A stretch of DNA of 64,000 bases from an uncultured Chloroflexia bacterium (GCA_963788235.1 CAWBFV010000004.1:1012241-1076240); one strand, 5' to 3'. Shown: positions 27,418 through 38,356, counted from the stretch's first letter. The notes: generated by a model not told the origin, from the sequence alone. Numbers and translations are program-made.

Positions 27418-29761
27418 CGCGCAAGCGACGCGAGCGTCGCCTCGAGGGCGTCGGCGACGATCGGCACGTCCGCGGTCGTGAACGCCAGCGGCGGCCGCAC
27501 CTTGAGGACGTTGCCGGCTCGGGCGGTCGTGCCGACCAGCACGCCCTGCCGTTTGAGGCCTTCCTTGATCGCCGACGCCGTCGCCGGATCGGGCGTCTTC
27601 GTCGATCCGTCGCGCACGATATCGACCCCGATCGCCAGGCCGGCGCCGCGCACCTCGCCGATCACGGGATAGCGGTCGCTGAGCGCCGCGATCGCCTGCC
27701 GCAACGCCGCGCCAGCGTCGACGACGCGTTCGAGCACCCGCTCGTCCTCGAGCACGTCGAGGACGGCGAGCGCCGCGGCCGCGGACACCTGGTTCCCGCC
27801 GAACGTGCTGAAGAACACGGTCGAGTCGGCGAACCGGGCCGCGATCTCGCGTCGCGTGATCACCGCGCCGACCGGATGGCCGTTGCCCATCGGCTTCCCG
27901 AGCGTCACGAGGTCCGGCGTGATGCCGAGCCGCTCGAAGGACCACAGCGATTCGCCGGTGCGTCCGTGGCCGCCCTGGACCTCGTCGGCGATCCACAGCG
28001 CACCCGCGGCGTGCGCCCGCTCGACCCACGCCGTCGCGAGGTCCCGCCCTGGATCGAGGAACCCGTCGCTCGTCAGCACCCCGTCGAGGATCACGGCGGC
28101 CGGCGGCACGCCGCGGGCGCTGAGTCGCTCCAGGGCGCTCGTCGAACTCGGACACCTCGAGGTGCGTGCCGCGATAGCGGTCGGGTGGCTCCCAGGTCTC
28201 GACGTGGTCCGGCCGCCGGCTGGCCTGCCACGACTCCGGGTGAAAGCGCGGCGGTCGCCTCGGTCACGCCGTGATAGGCGAAGGCCGTGCACAGCGCACC
28301 GCGCCTGCCGGTGAACGCCGTCGCGAGCCGCCACGCGACGTCGTTCGCCTCGGAGCCCGAGTTCACGAACATGACGGTGTCGAGACCGGAACCGGCGGGC
28401 ATCGTGGCCACGAGCCGCTCCGCCAGCTCGATCGCCGCCGGATGCAGGTAGCGCATGTTGGTCGTGATCAGCCGGCCCTGGCGGGCGATCGCCTCGGCGA
28501 CGCGCGGGTGGCTGTGACCGACGCACGGCACGTTGTTGTAGGCATCGAGATAGCGCCGGCCGTCACTCGCGGTGATCCAGACACCGTCGGCGCGCACGAC
28601 CTCGATCGGTTCTGCGTACGTCAGCGACTCCATCGCCGGCCCGAGGACCGCTTCCCGCCGCGCGGCGAGGTTCCCGGAGGCTGCCCCCTCGCCGCCGAAC
28701 CGACGCGCCGCCTCGTCCCAGCCGGCGTCGAGCAGGGTCTCGATCGTCCGGGCCACGCCCTCGTTGTAGCGCTCCGCGAAGCCCGCGTCCTCGAGGCCGC
28801 GCCCGGCCCGGAACGAGGAGATCGCGATCGTGACTGCCGCGCGGGCCGCGACGAGCTCGCCGATCAGCCCGAGCTCGATCGGCTCCAGGGGCGTGATGCG
28901 CTGGTACCCGTCGAGGACCAGCCGGCCCGCGCGGAAGAGATCGTCGCCCTGCCGCCCGTTCAGCAGCGAATCGAGCAACGACGCGATGTCGGTGACGAGC
29001 GCCGTGTGGCTCATGTCGCCGAGGTCGACGATCCCGGTGATCCGCCCGGTCTCGTCGACGATCGCGTTGTCGGTCGTCAGGTCGCCGTGGACGATCTGCG
29101 CGCGCAGCGAAGGCCAGACCGGTACGACGACCTCGTCGAATCGATCGAGCGCGCGCTCGACCAGGTCGCGATGGCGTCGGTCCCCGATCGTCTCCAGCAG
29201 CTCGCGCGTGCGGGCCGCGTGCTGGACGTCCCAGAGCATCGTGCGACGCGCCGCTGGGTGGAAGAACCCCCGCAGGGCTCGACCCACCCGCGCCATCGTC
29301 TCGCCCCAGTGGGGGAGCGCATCGTCGGCGACGTCCGCGGCCTCGATCCGGCCACGGCCGGGCAGCACGTCGTACATCCGCACGTGATGGACGCCGTCGC
29401 CGGCCGGGAACGGGACGCGCCGGTCGGCCGGATCCGAGCTGTCAGGAGCGGCACCCGGCACCAGCCAGGGGATCGGCACGGCCAGCGCTGGATCGACGCG
29501 CGCGATGTGCAGCACCGCGAGCGCTTCCATGTCGAGCGTGGCCGGGTCCTCGGCGAGGTTCGACACCTTCATGACGGCGACCGGGTTCGCAACCCGATCC
29601 GTCAGCAGGAACGTCTGGTCGCGCTCGCTACCGAGGTCCTCGGCATCGTTCGCGCGCACCCCGAATGTCCGCTCCGCGAGCTCGACGACCTGGGCCGGAT
29701 CGAACGCCGGACGGGCCGTCGCGAGCACGGCATCGAACTCGGTCGGGGAGGTCGCGTCCAT
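27414..29761 (-). CDS. fusion of an APH-like phosphotransferase domain and a class-III aminotransferase domain (hydroxylysine-kinase / phospho-lyase-like), with two frame disruptions near 28130 and 28268
   Basis: The N-terminal half has the kinase Brenner motif [13 protein letters not shown] and IVDLGDM. The C-terminal half has class-III AT motifs ([61 protein letters not shown]). The AT domain is split over three frames. Confidence 0.6.
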
Positions 29762-29862
29762 GGCGCGGCCATGGTAGCCGCTAGAATGGCGGCCTCATCC
29801 CGAACGACCAGCGGTCCGTCCGCCCATGCGCGGCGGTCCGAGCCCAGGAGCCAGCACCCCAC

Positions 29863-30420
29863 ATGATCAGCACCGGAGAACTCAGGAAGGGCGTCGCCAT
29901 CGAGCTCGACGGCGAGCTCTGGCAGATCCTCGACTACCACCACATCAAGATGGGCCGAGGGTCGGCGCAGGTCCGCATCACGCTGCGCAACATCAAGCGC
30001 GGTCAGACGATCGAGCGCTCGTTCCAGGCCGGCACGAAGTGGCCGCGCGCCTCGATGGAGCGGCGTCCGGTGCAGTACCTGTACCGCGACGGCGACGACT
30101 TCCATTTCATGGCAGCCGACACGTACGACCAGTTCCACCTCACCGCCGAGCAACTCGGGGACACCGCGCAGTTCCTCAAGGACGGGATGACGCTCGAGCG
30201 GACGAGCTACCAGGGCGAGACGATCGGCGTCGAGCTGCCCGTGACCGTCGACCTCGTGGTGGCCGACACGGAGCCCGGGTTCGCGGGCGACACCCAGACC
30301 GGTGCCCGCAAGCCGGCCACGACCGAGACCGGGCTCGTGGTCACCGTGCCGATCTTCGTCGAGACGGGCGACACGATCCGTGTCGACACGCGCACCGGGG
30401 AGTACCAGACGCGGGTCTGA
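29863..30420 (+). CDS. efp: elongation factor P
   Basis: 185 aa (MISTGELRKGVAIELDGELWQILDYHHIKMGRGSAQVRITLRNIKRG). Confidence 0.9.
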   Translation: MISTGELRKGVAIELDGELWQILDYHHIKMGRGSAQVRITLRNIKRGQTIERSFQAGTKWPRASMERRPVQYLYRDGDDFHFMAADTYDQFHLTAEQLGDTAQFLKDGMTLERTSYQGETIGVELPVTVDLVVADTEPGFAGDTQTGARKPATTETGLVVTVPIFVETGDTIRVDTRTGEYQTRV

Positions 30421-30430
30421 TGGCCGGCCG

Positions 30431-31924
30431 ATGAGCCAGCGCGAACGCGACGGCGGGCCGCCCGACTGGGCGCTGCCCGGGTGGGACGCGGTCGATCCCG
30501 AGGAGCCGGTCGGGCTGCGCGTCGGCGGGACGCCACCGCTACCCGTCTCGCCGCCGCCGGCGACATCCGCGCCGAGCGTTGGGGGGACGCCCGCCGCACC
30601 GGGCACGTTCGGGCTCCACATCCTCCAGGTCAGCGAGGTCACCCGCGCCGTCCGCGGAGCGATCCGCCAGGACCCGCGGCTCGTCGACCTGTGGGTCGAG
30701 GGCGAGATCGGGCGAGTCACGGTCTCGAGCGCGGGCCATGCCTATTTCGCGCTCAAGGACGCTCGCAACCAACTCCAATGCGTGTGGTTCCGCGACGATC
30801 GAGCGCGCTCGGCGTTCAGTGCGCAGGCCGGGCTGCGCGTGGTCGTGCACGGTCGCGTCGACCTGTACGAGCCCACGGGCGCCATGCAGCTCTACGTCGA
30901 TTCGATCCAGCCGGCGGGGCTCGGTGACCTCGCGCTCCGGTTCGAGGCGCTCAAGGCGCGGCTTGATGCCGAGGGCCTGTTCGACACCGCCCGGAAGCGG
31001 CCGCTGCCCTCGCGACCCCGCACGATCGCCGTGATCACAAGTCCCTCGGGCGCGGTCTGGCGGGACATCAGTCACGTGCTGGCGCGCCGCTGGCCGCTGG
31101 TCCAGGTCGTGCTGGTGGCGGCGCAGGTGCAGGGGGAGGGGGCGCCCGCCAGCATCGTCACCGCGTTTCGGCGCATCGCCCGGTATGCGGAGATGACTCG
31201 TGACGCCGGGCGCCCCGATGACGCGCCCGTCCTCACGATCCTGGCGCGCGGTGGCGGCTCGCTCGAGGACCTGTGGGCGTTCAACGACGAGCGCGTCGTT
31301 CGTGCCGTGGTCGCGCATCCCTTGCCGGTCGTCTGCGGGGTCGGCCACGAGGTCGACGTCACGCTTGCCGACTTCGCGGCCGATGTGCGCGCCCCGACGC
31401 CGTCCGCCGCGGCCGAAATCGTGGTGCCGGACCGCCTCGAGATGGCCGGGTCGCTTCGTCGTGCGGCGGATCGGCTGGCGACCGCCACGGAACGTCGTCT
31501 TGCCACGGCCGCGCGCGACCTCGCGGTCGAGCGGCGGGCGCTCGACCGCGTGAGCCCGGCGGCTCGGCTGGCTGCCGCTCGGGAACAGGTCGGCCTGCTG
31601 TTCGACCGCGGGACGAGGGCGGTCGAAGCGCGGATCGCTCGCGAGCGACTCCGATTGAATGCCGCGGCCGCCGATCTGCCGCGACTGACGACGGCCCGGG
31701 TGGCCGCCGCGCGCGCCGCGCTCGACTCGTCATCGGCGGCACTGGCCGTGCTCGGCCCGAACGCGACCCTCGAGCGCGGGTACGCGATCGTCCGGCGAAC
31801 GCCCGAGGGGACCATCGTCCGCGACCCTGCCCAGGCGCCTGCGGGGTCGGCCCTTCGCATCCGCGTCGCCCACGGGGAGCTGGCCGCGACCGTCGACCCC
31901 GAGATCGACAGCGATGCCGGGTGA
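30431..31924 (+). CDS. xseA: exodeoxyribonuclease VII large subunit
   Basis: OB-fold N-terminus plus catalytic region (VITSPSGAVWRDI, ILARGGGSLEDLWAFNDERVVRAV) and a coiled-coil C-terminus. Confidence 0.85.
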   Translation: MSQRERDGGPPDWALPGWDAVDPEEPVGLRVGGTPPLPVSPPPATSAPSVGGTPAAPGTFGLHILQVSEVTRAVRGAIRQDPRLVDLWVEGEIGRVTVSSAGHAYFALKDARNQLQCVWFRDDRARSAFSAQAGLRVVVHGRVDLYEPTGAMQLYVDSIQPAGLGDLALRFEALKARLDAEGLFDTARKRPLPSRPRTIAVITSPSGAVWRDISHVLARRWPLVQVVLVAAQVQGEGAPASIVTAFRRIARYAEMTRDAGRPDDAPVLTILARGGGSLEDLWAFNDERVVRAVVAHPLPVVCGVGHEVDVTLADFAADVRAPTPSAAAEIVVPDRLEMAGSLRRAADRLATATERRLATAARDLAVERRALDRVSPAARLAAAREQVGLLFDRGTRAVEARIARERLRLNAAAADLPRLTTARVAAARAALDSSSAALAVLGPNATLERGYAIVRRTPEGTIVRDPAQAPAGSALRIRVAHGELAATVDPEIDSDAG

Positions 31925-32037
31925 TCTGATCGTGTTCGCGATCCTGGTCGCGGTGTTCGTGATCGCCGGGGTACGCGTCGGTATGCTGGTTGCGCCGCGG
32001 CTCGATCGCATGACCCAGCCCGAGGACGAGGACGCCG

Positions 32038-32329
32038 ATGACGGACACGACTGAACGGCCGACCGCCGCGGACGCTGCGGAGCGCCCCGTCGCGGACCTC
32101 ACGTTCGACGAAGCACTCGCCGAGCTCCAGCGGACGATCGCCGAGCTCGAGACCGGTGGCCAGCCCCTGGAAGCGCACGCTGGCCCTCCATGAGCGTGGT
32201 GCGGCCCTCCTCGAACGCTGCGAGACCCTGCTGCGGAGCGCCGAGCTGCGGATGCGCCAGCTGGTGTCGAAGGGCGGCGAGCTGCGCACCGTCGACGTTT
32301 CCGCGGACCAGCCGATCGAGGAGACATAG
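32038..32329 (+). CDS. xseB: exodeoxyribonuclease VII small subunit, with one frame disruption near 32178
   Basis: LTFDEALAELQRTIAELETGGQPLE then, after a +1 shift, LALHERGAALLERCETLLRSAELRMRQL, a typical XseB helical hairpin. Confidence 0.65.
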
Positions 32330-32497
32330 GCGCTCGCTTGGCTGTCGCCATCGGGCACCAGAAACTAGCGACCTACGAGGAACAGGTTTAGACTTCGCTC
32401 GTCCGCTCTCGCAAGACGTGCGAACCTACGGCATCACAGGCGGGCCGCCCGGCCCGTCAAGCCGCCGACCATCCGCCCATCGGAGTCCCATCCGAAC

Positions 32498-34514
32498 GTG
32501 ACCATCCTGTCCGAGCTCACCGGTCCCGGGGACCTGCGCGGGCTCACCGAACCACAGCTGACCGAGCTTGCCGCCGAGATCCGCGAAGCGATCATCTCGA
32601 CTGTCGCGGAGACGGGCGGCCACCTCGGTTCGTCCCTCGGCGTCGTCGAGCTCACGATCGCCCTCCATCGGCTGCTGGAGTCGCCGCGCGACCGGATCGT
32701 GTGGGACACCGGCCACCAGGCCTACCCGCACAAGCTGCTCACGGGCCGATTGGAGCGTTTCCGGACCCTCCGATCGCTCGACGGCGTCGGCGGCTTCCCA
32801 CGCCGATCCGAATCGCCCCACGACGTGTTCGACGGCGGTCACGCCGGGACGGGGCTGTCGATCGCCGAGGGGCTCGCCGAGGCGCGTGATCTCCGCAACG
32901 GCATGGAGCGGATCGCGGTCGTCGTCGGCGACGCGGCGCTGATGAGCGGGCTGTCGCTCGAGGCGCTCAACGACATCGGCCAGCGCAAGACGCAGATGCT
33001 GATCGTGGTCAACGACAACGAGATGTCGATCAGCCCGACCGTCGGTGCCTTCTCGAAATACCTGTCGCAGATCAAGCTCTCGAGCGCCTGGCGCCAGAGC
33101 CGGAGCGCCTACGACCGATCGATCGAGCGCGTGCCGATCCTCGGCCCGCATCTCCTGGAGCTGTCGCGCCGCCTGCGCGCCTCGGTCGTCCGGTTCGCGC
33201 AGCCGGGGCAGCTCTTCGAGGACCTCGGGATCACGTACATCGGTGTCGTCCCGGGGCATGACATCCGCGCGCTGACCGAGACGCTCGGGGCCGCGCTGGA
33301 GCTGCCCGGGCCGACGATCGTCCACGTCCGGACCCAGAAGGGCCGCGGCTACCGGCCGGCGATCCTCGACCAGGTCGGCTTCCATGGCGCGGCGCTGCCA
33401 CCGATGCAGCTCACGCCCAAGACCGACGCCTACGACGGCTCGAAGAAGGCGCCGGCCGGCCTGCCGACCGAATCGATGACGGACGACGCTGCCTCGCCGA
33501 CGCCCGAGCCCGCCGCGCCCAAGAAGAACCCGAACTACACCGCGGTCTTCGCAGCCGAGCTGATCGAGCTGGCCCGAGCCGATCGCCGGATCGTCGGCAT
33601 CACCGCCGGCATGCCGACCGGGAACCGGGATGTCGAAGCTCGCCGACGCGCTCCCGGGCCGCGTCTTCGATGTCGGGATCGCGGAGCAACACGCCGTCAC
33701 GCTCGCGACCGGCCTCGCGATGGGTGGGATGCGCCCGGTCGTGGCGCTCTACTCGACGTTCCTGCAGCGCGCCTTCGACCAGACCGTCCACGACGTGTGT
33801 CAGAACGATCAGCCGGTGCTGATCGCGGTCGATCGGGCGGGGCTCGTCGGCGAGGACGGGACCTCGCACCAGGGCATGTTCACGCTGCCCGCTCAGCGAC
33901 AGCTGCCGAACCTCGTGATCGCCTCGCCGAAGGACGAGCAGGAGCTCCGCTCGCTGCTCCGGACGGCGCTCGCCCAGGACCACCCGTTCGCGCTGCACTA
34001 CCCGCGCGATCCGGGCTTCGGGCTGCCGCCCGTCGAACCGGCCGTGCTGCCGATCGGGCAAGGGGAGACGCTGCGGGACGGCCGCGATCTGCTGTTCATC
34101 GGCTTCGGGCCGATCGTGGCGCGGGCGATGGACGCGGCCGCGGCCCTCGAAGCCGAGGGCTGGTCGATCGGCGTCATCAACGCCCGATTCGCCAAGCCGC
34201 TCGATCGGCAGTTGATCCTCGACGCGGCGAGGGGCAAGCAGCTGGTGGTGACGTTCGAGGAGAGCGTCGTGACCGGTGGCTTCGGTGGGTCGATCGTCGA
34301 ATTGCTCGAGGAAGCGCGGCTGGCCGATCCCGCCTATCGCGACGTGGCGGTCCGGATCATCGGGATCCCCGGCGACCGGTTCGTGGACCACGGATCCGTG
34401 GCGGATCTCCGTCGCGTGCTCCGGCTCGATGTGCCCGGTTTGGCCGAGCAGGTCCGCGAGACACTGTCGACGTTGCGCGTGTCGCCGGGCAGGTCGACCT
34501 CCGAGATCGCCTGA
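32498..34514 (+). CDS. dxs: 1-deoxy-D-xylulose-5-phosphate synthase, with one frame disruption near 33615 (an extra A in GGGAACCGGG)
   Basis: TPP-binding N-terminus (GHLGSSLGVVELTIALH, DTGHQAYPHKLLTGR), a transketolase pyrimidine domain (GIAEQHAVTLA) and a C-terminal domain in the 33630 frame. Confidence 0.8.
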
Positions 34515-34539
34515 ACCCTCGATGACGGGCGCCGGCAAC

Positions 34540-34870
34540 CACGTCGGCACGCGGATGGCTCTTGTCGACCACGCATCGCGGTGTTGCCTGCCAGTCGACA
34601 AATCGGGGTCGAACCGTTCCGATGAGCTCTGATTCGGGGGCCTCGGCGCGAACTGTCGCGTGAGAGTCGACGGTTTTGCGTCGAAGGGTGGCTAGCCCGA
34701 GCCCGCGATGGCCCAGAAGGCGATTCTGTCGCCTGTGAGGCGACGAGCGAGGGTTTCGCGGCCGCATGTGGCGCCTTCGACGAGGTTCGTCGCCTGCCAC
34801 GCGACAAACGGGGGCGAAATCGCGACGCGAAACCAGCGTGCTTTGGGCCCGTGCCACGATACGGTCGTGG
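34540..34870. repeat. repeat-rich intergenic block (left copy), carrying four imperfect GTCGAC-centred palindromes and ending in TGCCACGATACGGTCGTG
   Basis: Motifs seen are TTGCCTGCCAGTCGACAAATCGGGG, GTCGCGTGAGAGTCGACGG, TGTCGCCTGTGAGGCGACGA and GTCGCCTGCCACGCGACAAACGGGGG. There is no ORF. Confidence 0.5.
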
Positions 34871-35568
34871 AACCAACGGCCCGCCGTCGAGCGCAGCTGG
34901 CGCGCCTCTGGGAGCACCCCTCGGCGGTGCTGCTCGTCGTTCAGCTCCTGGGCGTCCTGGTCTACCCGTTCATGGACGCCTCGCCGGCCGGGCGAGCGGC
35001 GTTGTCGCTGTTCTCGCTCGTCGTGCTGGTGCTCGCCGTCCGTGCTGTCCGCGCGACACCGGCCTTGACCTGGGTGTCCGTGCTGCTTGGCGTGCCGATC
35101 GTCGTACTGACGATCCTCGAGGCGGTCGACCCGACGAACGGCACGCTGGTGTTCTGGTCGTCGGCGCTGCACGCGGCGTTCTACGCGTACACGAGCTTCG
35201 CCCTGATCCGCTACCTGTTTAGGGATCGGTTCGTGACGGTCGACGAGCTATGGGCGACCGGAGCGACCTTCACGGTCGTCGCCTGGGCATTCGCGTATGC
35301 CTTCGCCGCCGTCCAGGTGGTCTGGCCGGGGTCGTTCACCGCGGCCCTCGCCCCAGACGCGCCGCGGACCTGGTTCGAGTTGCTGTTCCTGTCGTTCACG
35401 AACCTGACCAGCGTCGGGCTGTCCGACATCGCGCCGATCCAGCCGCAAGCGCGCGCCATCGTGATGATCGAGCAGGTGGCCGGCCTCTTGTACGTCGCCT
35501 TCGTGATCTCGCGGATCGTCGGCCTGACGATCGCTCGCGAGCGCAAGAGGGCGCGCTCGGACGAGTGA
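34867..35568 (+). CDS. two-TM ion-channel (Ion_trans_2 / K-channel-like) protein
   Basis: An M1 helix, a pore helix plus filter-like TNLTSVGLSDIAP, then M2. The GTG start is embedded in the CCACGATACGGTCGTG element. Confidence 0.55.
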   Translation: MEPTARRRAQLARLWEHPSAVLLVVQLLGVLVYPFMDASPAGRAALSLFSLVVLVLAVRAVRATPALTWVSVLLGVPIVVLTILEAVDPTNGTLVFWSSALHAAFYAYTSFALIRYLFRDRFVTVDELWATGATFTVVAWAFAYAFAAVQVVWPGSFTAALAPDAPRTWFELLFLSFTNLTSVGLSDIAPIQPQARAIVMIEQVAGLLYVAFVISRIVGLTIARERKRARSDE

Positions 35569-35576
35569 GGCAGACG

Positions 35577-36335
35577 TCATCTCCCGAGGTGGACGCCCCT
35601 CGGGGGTCCGGTTAGCAGGGACGCGATCCCGCGGTCGACTCGCATCCACACGATCGATGGCCCAGGCCAGGCTTCATCGCCGGTCAGCGAGCGGACGACG
35701 TCGCTCGTGGATGCCGGATACGCGGTTGCGAGCGTGGTCTCGTAGCGACGGGCGATCTCCCTCATGGTCGTGGTCGAGCGCAGCACAAGCAGTCGCGAAA
35801 CGGTCGGCGCTGGATCTGCTCCCAGTTCGTCGGCTAATCGAGCGGCGAGCCCGTCCGCCTTTTCGTTGCTCCAACGGATCTGTTGCTCGAGTCGGCGCAA
35901 CTCCGATTGGAACTCGGTTGCGACCGCGAGGGCGGCCGACCGATCAGCCAGCGCCGCATCGATGACGCCACGAACCGGCGCGTACACCGGTACTTCGAGC
36001 CGCACCGACCAACGTGGGTGCAATGCGCGCACGAACGAATCGACCATGGCCGCCTGGAAACGGTCGACGAGGCGTGGCCCCGACCCCGCGTACAGCCGAA
36101 CGCCGAGGTCAGCGCCGAGCGCGACGCTGATCGCCGTGAGTGCCTCGAGGCTGGCGTGGGTCTTGGCGGCCTCGATCTTGGCGATGTGCGACGGGTGTAG
36201 TCCCGTCGCGGCACCGAGGTCTCGCAACGAGACGCCGGCGTCGAGTCGCAGCGCCCGGACTTCTTCACCGGTCCGCACCGATTGCCGCCGGAGCCGGCGA
36301 GCCGTTTCCCTCGCGACCGTCGTTTGGGTGATCAC
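35577..36335 (-). CDS. XRE-family helix-turn-helix transcriptional regulator
   Basis: N-terminal HTH (VRALRLDAGVSLRDLGAATGLHPSHIAKIEAAK) and a C-terminal domain of unknown function. Confidence 0.6.
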   Translation of the reverse strand: MITQTTVARETARRLRRQSVRTGEEVRALRLDAGVSLRDLGAATGLHPSHIAKIEAAKTHASLEALTAISVALGADLGVRLYAGSGPRLVDRFQAAMVDSFVRALHPRWSVRLEVPVYAPVRGVIDAALADRSAALAVATEFQSELRRLEQQIRWSNEKADGLAARLADELGADPAPTVSRLLVLRSTTTMREIARRYETTLATAYPASTSDVVRSLTGDEAWPGPSIVWMRVDRGIASLLTGPPRGVHLGR

Positions 36336-36339
36336 TGAG

Positions 36340-36695
36340 CGATCAAAGCGGTTCGCTCTCTACGCCCGCGTATCGACTTGTTGCCTGCCAGTCGACAGAA
36401 TCGGCCCGTAGCCTCCCATCGGCGGCTCGAGCCTCCTCCAGCACGACATTCGTTGCTTCTCAGGCGACGGAAGTCCGCGAATCGACGTCGATCGAGCCCG
36501 GCGCGAGCCCTTCAGGGCCTTTTGTCGACTGGCAGGCGACAAACGGGGCGCCGTCGCTGTTCGAGGACGCACTCGACGACGTTCGTTGACTGCCAGGCGA
36601 CGAAACGCTAGGAACGGGCCGCGGCGGGCGACCGCAAGGCGCCGCACCCCCGAGTGAGGCCGCGTGCAGCGGGCTATGCCACGATACGGTCGTGC
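36340..36695. repeat. repeat-rich intergenic block (right copy), carrying three GTCGAC-centred palindromes and ending in TGCCACGATACGGTCGTG
   Basis: Motifs seen are TTGCCTGCCAGTCGACAGAATCGG, TGTCGACTGGCAGGCGACAAACGGGG and TGACTGCCAGGCGACGAAACG. It has the same order and orientation as the 34540-34870 block. Confidence 0.5.
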
Positions 36696-37501
36696 GATCG
36701 ACCGTCGGCCGGAAGACTCGTGTGCGACTCGATGAGCTGCTCGTCGACCGCGGGCTCGCGGAGACCCGGAGCAAGGGCCAGGCCCTGATCCTCGCCGGCA
36801 AGGTCCGTGTCGGCGATGGCGACGCTGCGCGACGCGACCTCAAGCCCGGCGACGCCGTCGATCCCGAAGCCGCCATAAACGTCGAGCGCCCCGAGCCATA
36901 CGTGAGCCGCGGCGGCCACAAGCTCGCGGCTGCGCTCGACGCGTTCGGGATCGACCCGGCGGGGATGACGGCGCTCGACGTCGGTGCCTCGACCGGCGGC
37001 TTCACCGACGTGCTGTTGCAGCGCGGCGCGCGCCACGTCTACGCTCTCGACGTGGGTCGCGGTCAGCTCGCCGAACCGTTGCGCCGCGACGACCGTGTGA
37101 CGTCGCTCGAGCGCACGAACGCCCGCGGGCTCACGGCGACGACACTCCCCGAGCCGATCGATCTCGCCGTCATCGACGTCTCGTTCATCTCGCTCGACAA
37201 GGTCGTGGGCCCCGTCATGACGACCCTCGCCCCCGGAGCGCAGATCGTGGCCCTGGTGAAACCCCAGTTCGAAGCGGGCAAGGGCCGAACCGACAAGGGC
37301 GTCGTCCGCGATCCGGCAATGCATCGCGAGGTCCTCGAGCGGGTCACGGACCACGCTCGCTCGATCGGTCTCGGGACGCGGGCGCTCATGGCTTCGCCGA
37401 TCCTCGGGCCGGAGGGCAATCGCGAGTTCCTCGTCCAGCTCGCGGCCGGGCCGTCCTGCGCGGAGCTCCCGGACCTGATCGCCGAGGTCACCGACGCATG
37501 A
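36692..37501 (+). CDS. tlyA: TlyA-family rRNA 2'-O-methyltransferase
   Basis: S4-like N-terminus (RLDELLVDRGLAETRSKGQALI) and FtsJ-like MTase motifs (LDVGASTGGFTDVLL). The true start may be the GTG at 36722. Confidence 0.8.
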   Translation: MRSTVGRKTRVRLDELLVDRGLAETRSKGQALILAGKVRVGDGDAARRDLKPGDAVDPEAAINVERPEPYVSRGGHKLAAALDAFGIDPAGMTALDVGASTGGFTDVLLQRGARHVYALDVGRGQLAEPLRRDDRVTSLERTNARGLTATTLPEPIDLAVIDVSFISLDKVVGPVMTTLAPGAQIVALVKPQFEAGKGRTDKGVVRDPAMHREVLERVTDHARSIGLGTRALMASPILGPEGNREFLVQLAAGPSCAELPDLIAEVTDA

Positions 37502-38356
37502 GCGAGCCGGGCAGCAAGCCGAAGCGCATCGGTTTCGCCTACAACCCGACCATCGAGGCGACCGTGGAGCTCGCCGCACGCGCCGCCGGCTGGTGCCGCG
37601 TGCGCGGCATCGACCAATGGCAGACCCAGGCAAGCGACCAGGGGACGCTGCTCCGCGAGCTGCCGACGACCGACGCGCTCGTGGTCCTCGGCGGGGATGG
37701 CACGTTCCTCCGCGCGGCTCGAGCGGTCGCCGAGGTCGACGTCCCCCTGCTGGGTCTCAACCTCGGCAAGGTCGGGTTCCTCTCCAAAGCCGAGGCCGCC
37801 GACCTCGAGCCGGTCCTAGAGAAGATCGCCAACGGCGAGTACACGATCGACGAACGGATGGCGATCGAGGGCCGGATCCTCCCCGGCGGCGAGGGCCGCG
37901 GGCATCGGCACATCGCGCTCAATGACATCGTCATCGCCCGCGGCGCGCTCGCCCGCGTCTGCCGGCTCGACGTCAGCATCGATGGCACCCACCTCGCGAC
38001 GTTCATCGCCGACGGGCTCGTGGTTTCGAGCCCGACCGGCTCGACCGGCTATTCCTTCTCTGCTGGGGGCCCGATCCTCGATCCCGTTCAGCAGAAACCT
38101 CGTCGTGACCCCGATCGCCGCGTATCTCTCGGCGATCCGCTCGGTCGTCGTCAGCCCCGAGCAGATCGTGCGCTGCCGCGTCGTCGACGCCCACGAGGCG
38201 CTGGTATCCATCGACGGCCGCGAGGACATGCCGATCGCGGTCGGCGACGTGGTCGAGGTCCAGGCCCGCGAACGGCCGATCCGCCTCATCGAGCCGAAGG
38301 GCGCCCAACCGTTCTGGGACCTCCTCCGCCACAAGGTCGAGCTGCTGCCGTCGTGA
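37498..38356 (+). CDS. nadK: NAD kinase, with one frame disruption near 38095
   Basis: GGDGT motif (VVLGGDGTFLRAAR) and NE/DIVIARG region, with a C-terminal part in the 37922 frame. ATGA overlap with tlyA. Confidence 0.75.

Noticed and set aside
26767-28155. 462-aa and 370-aa Arg-rich minus-strand ORFs over pepP and the aminotransferase region
   Set aside because: 26767-28155 is antisense to pepP and out of frame relative to the true aminotransferase. The N-terminus of 27414-28526 is a frame-shifted read of the same gene. Only the motif-bearing portions were kept.
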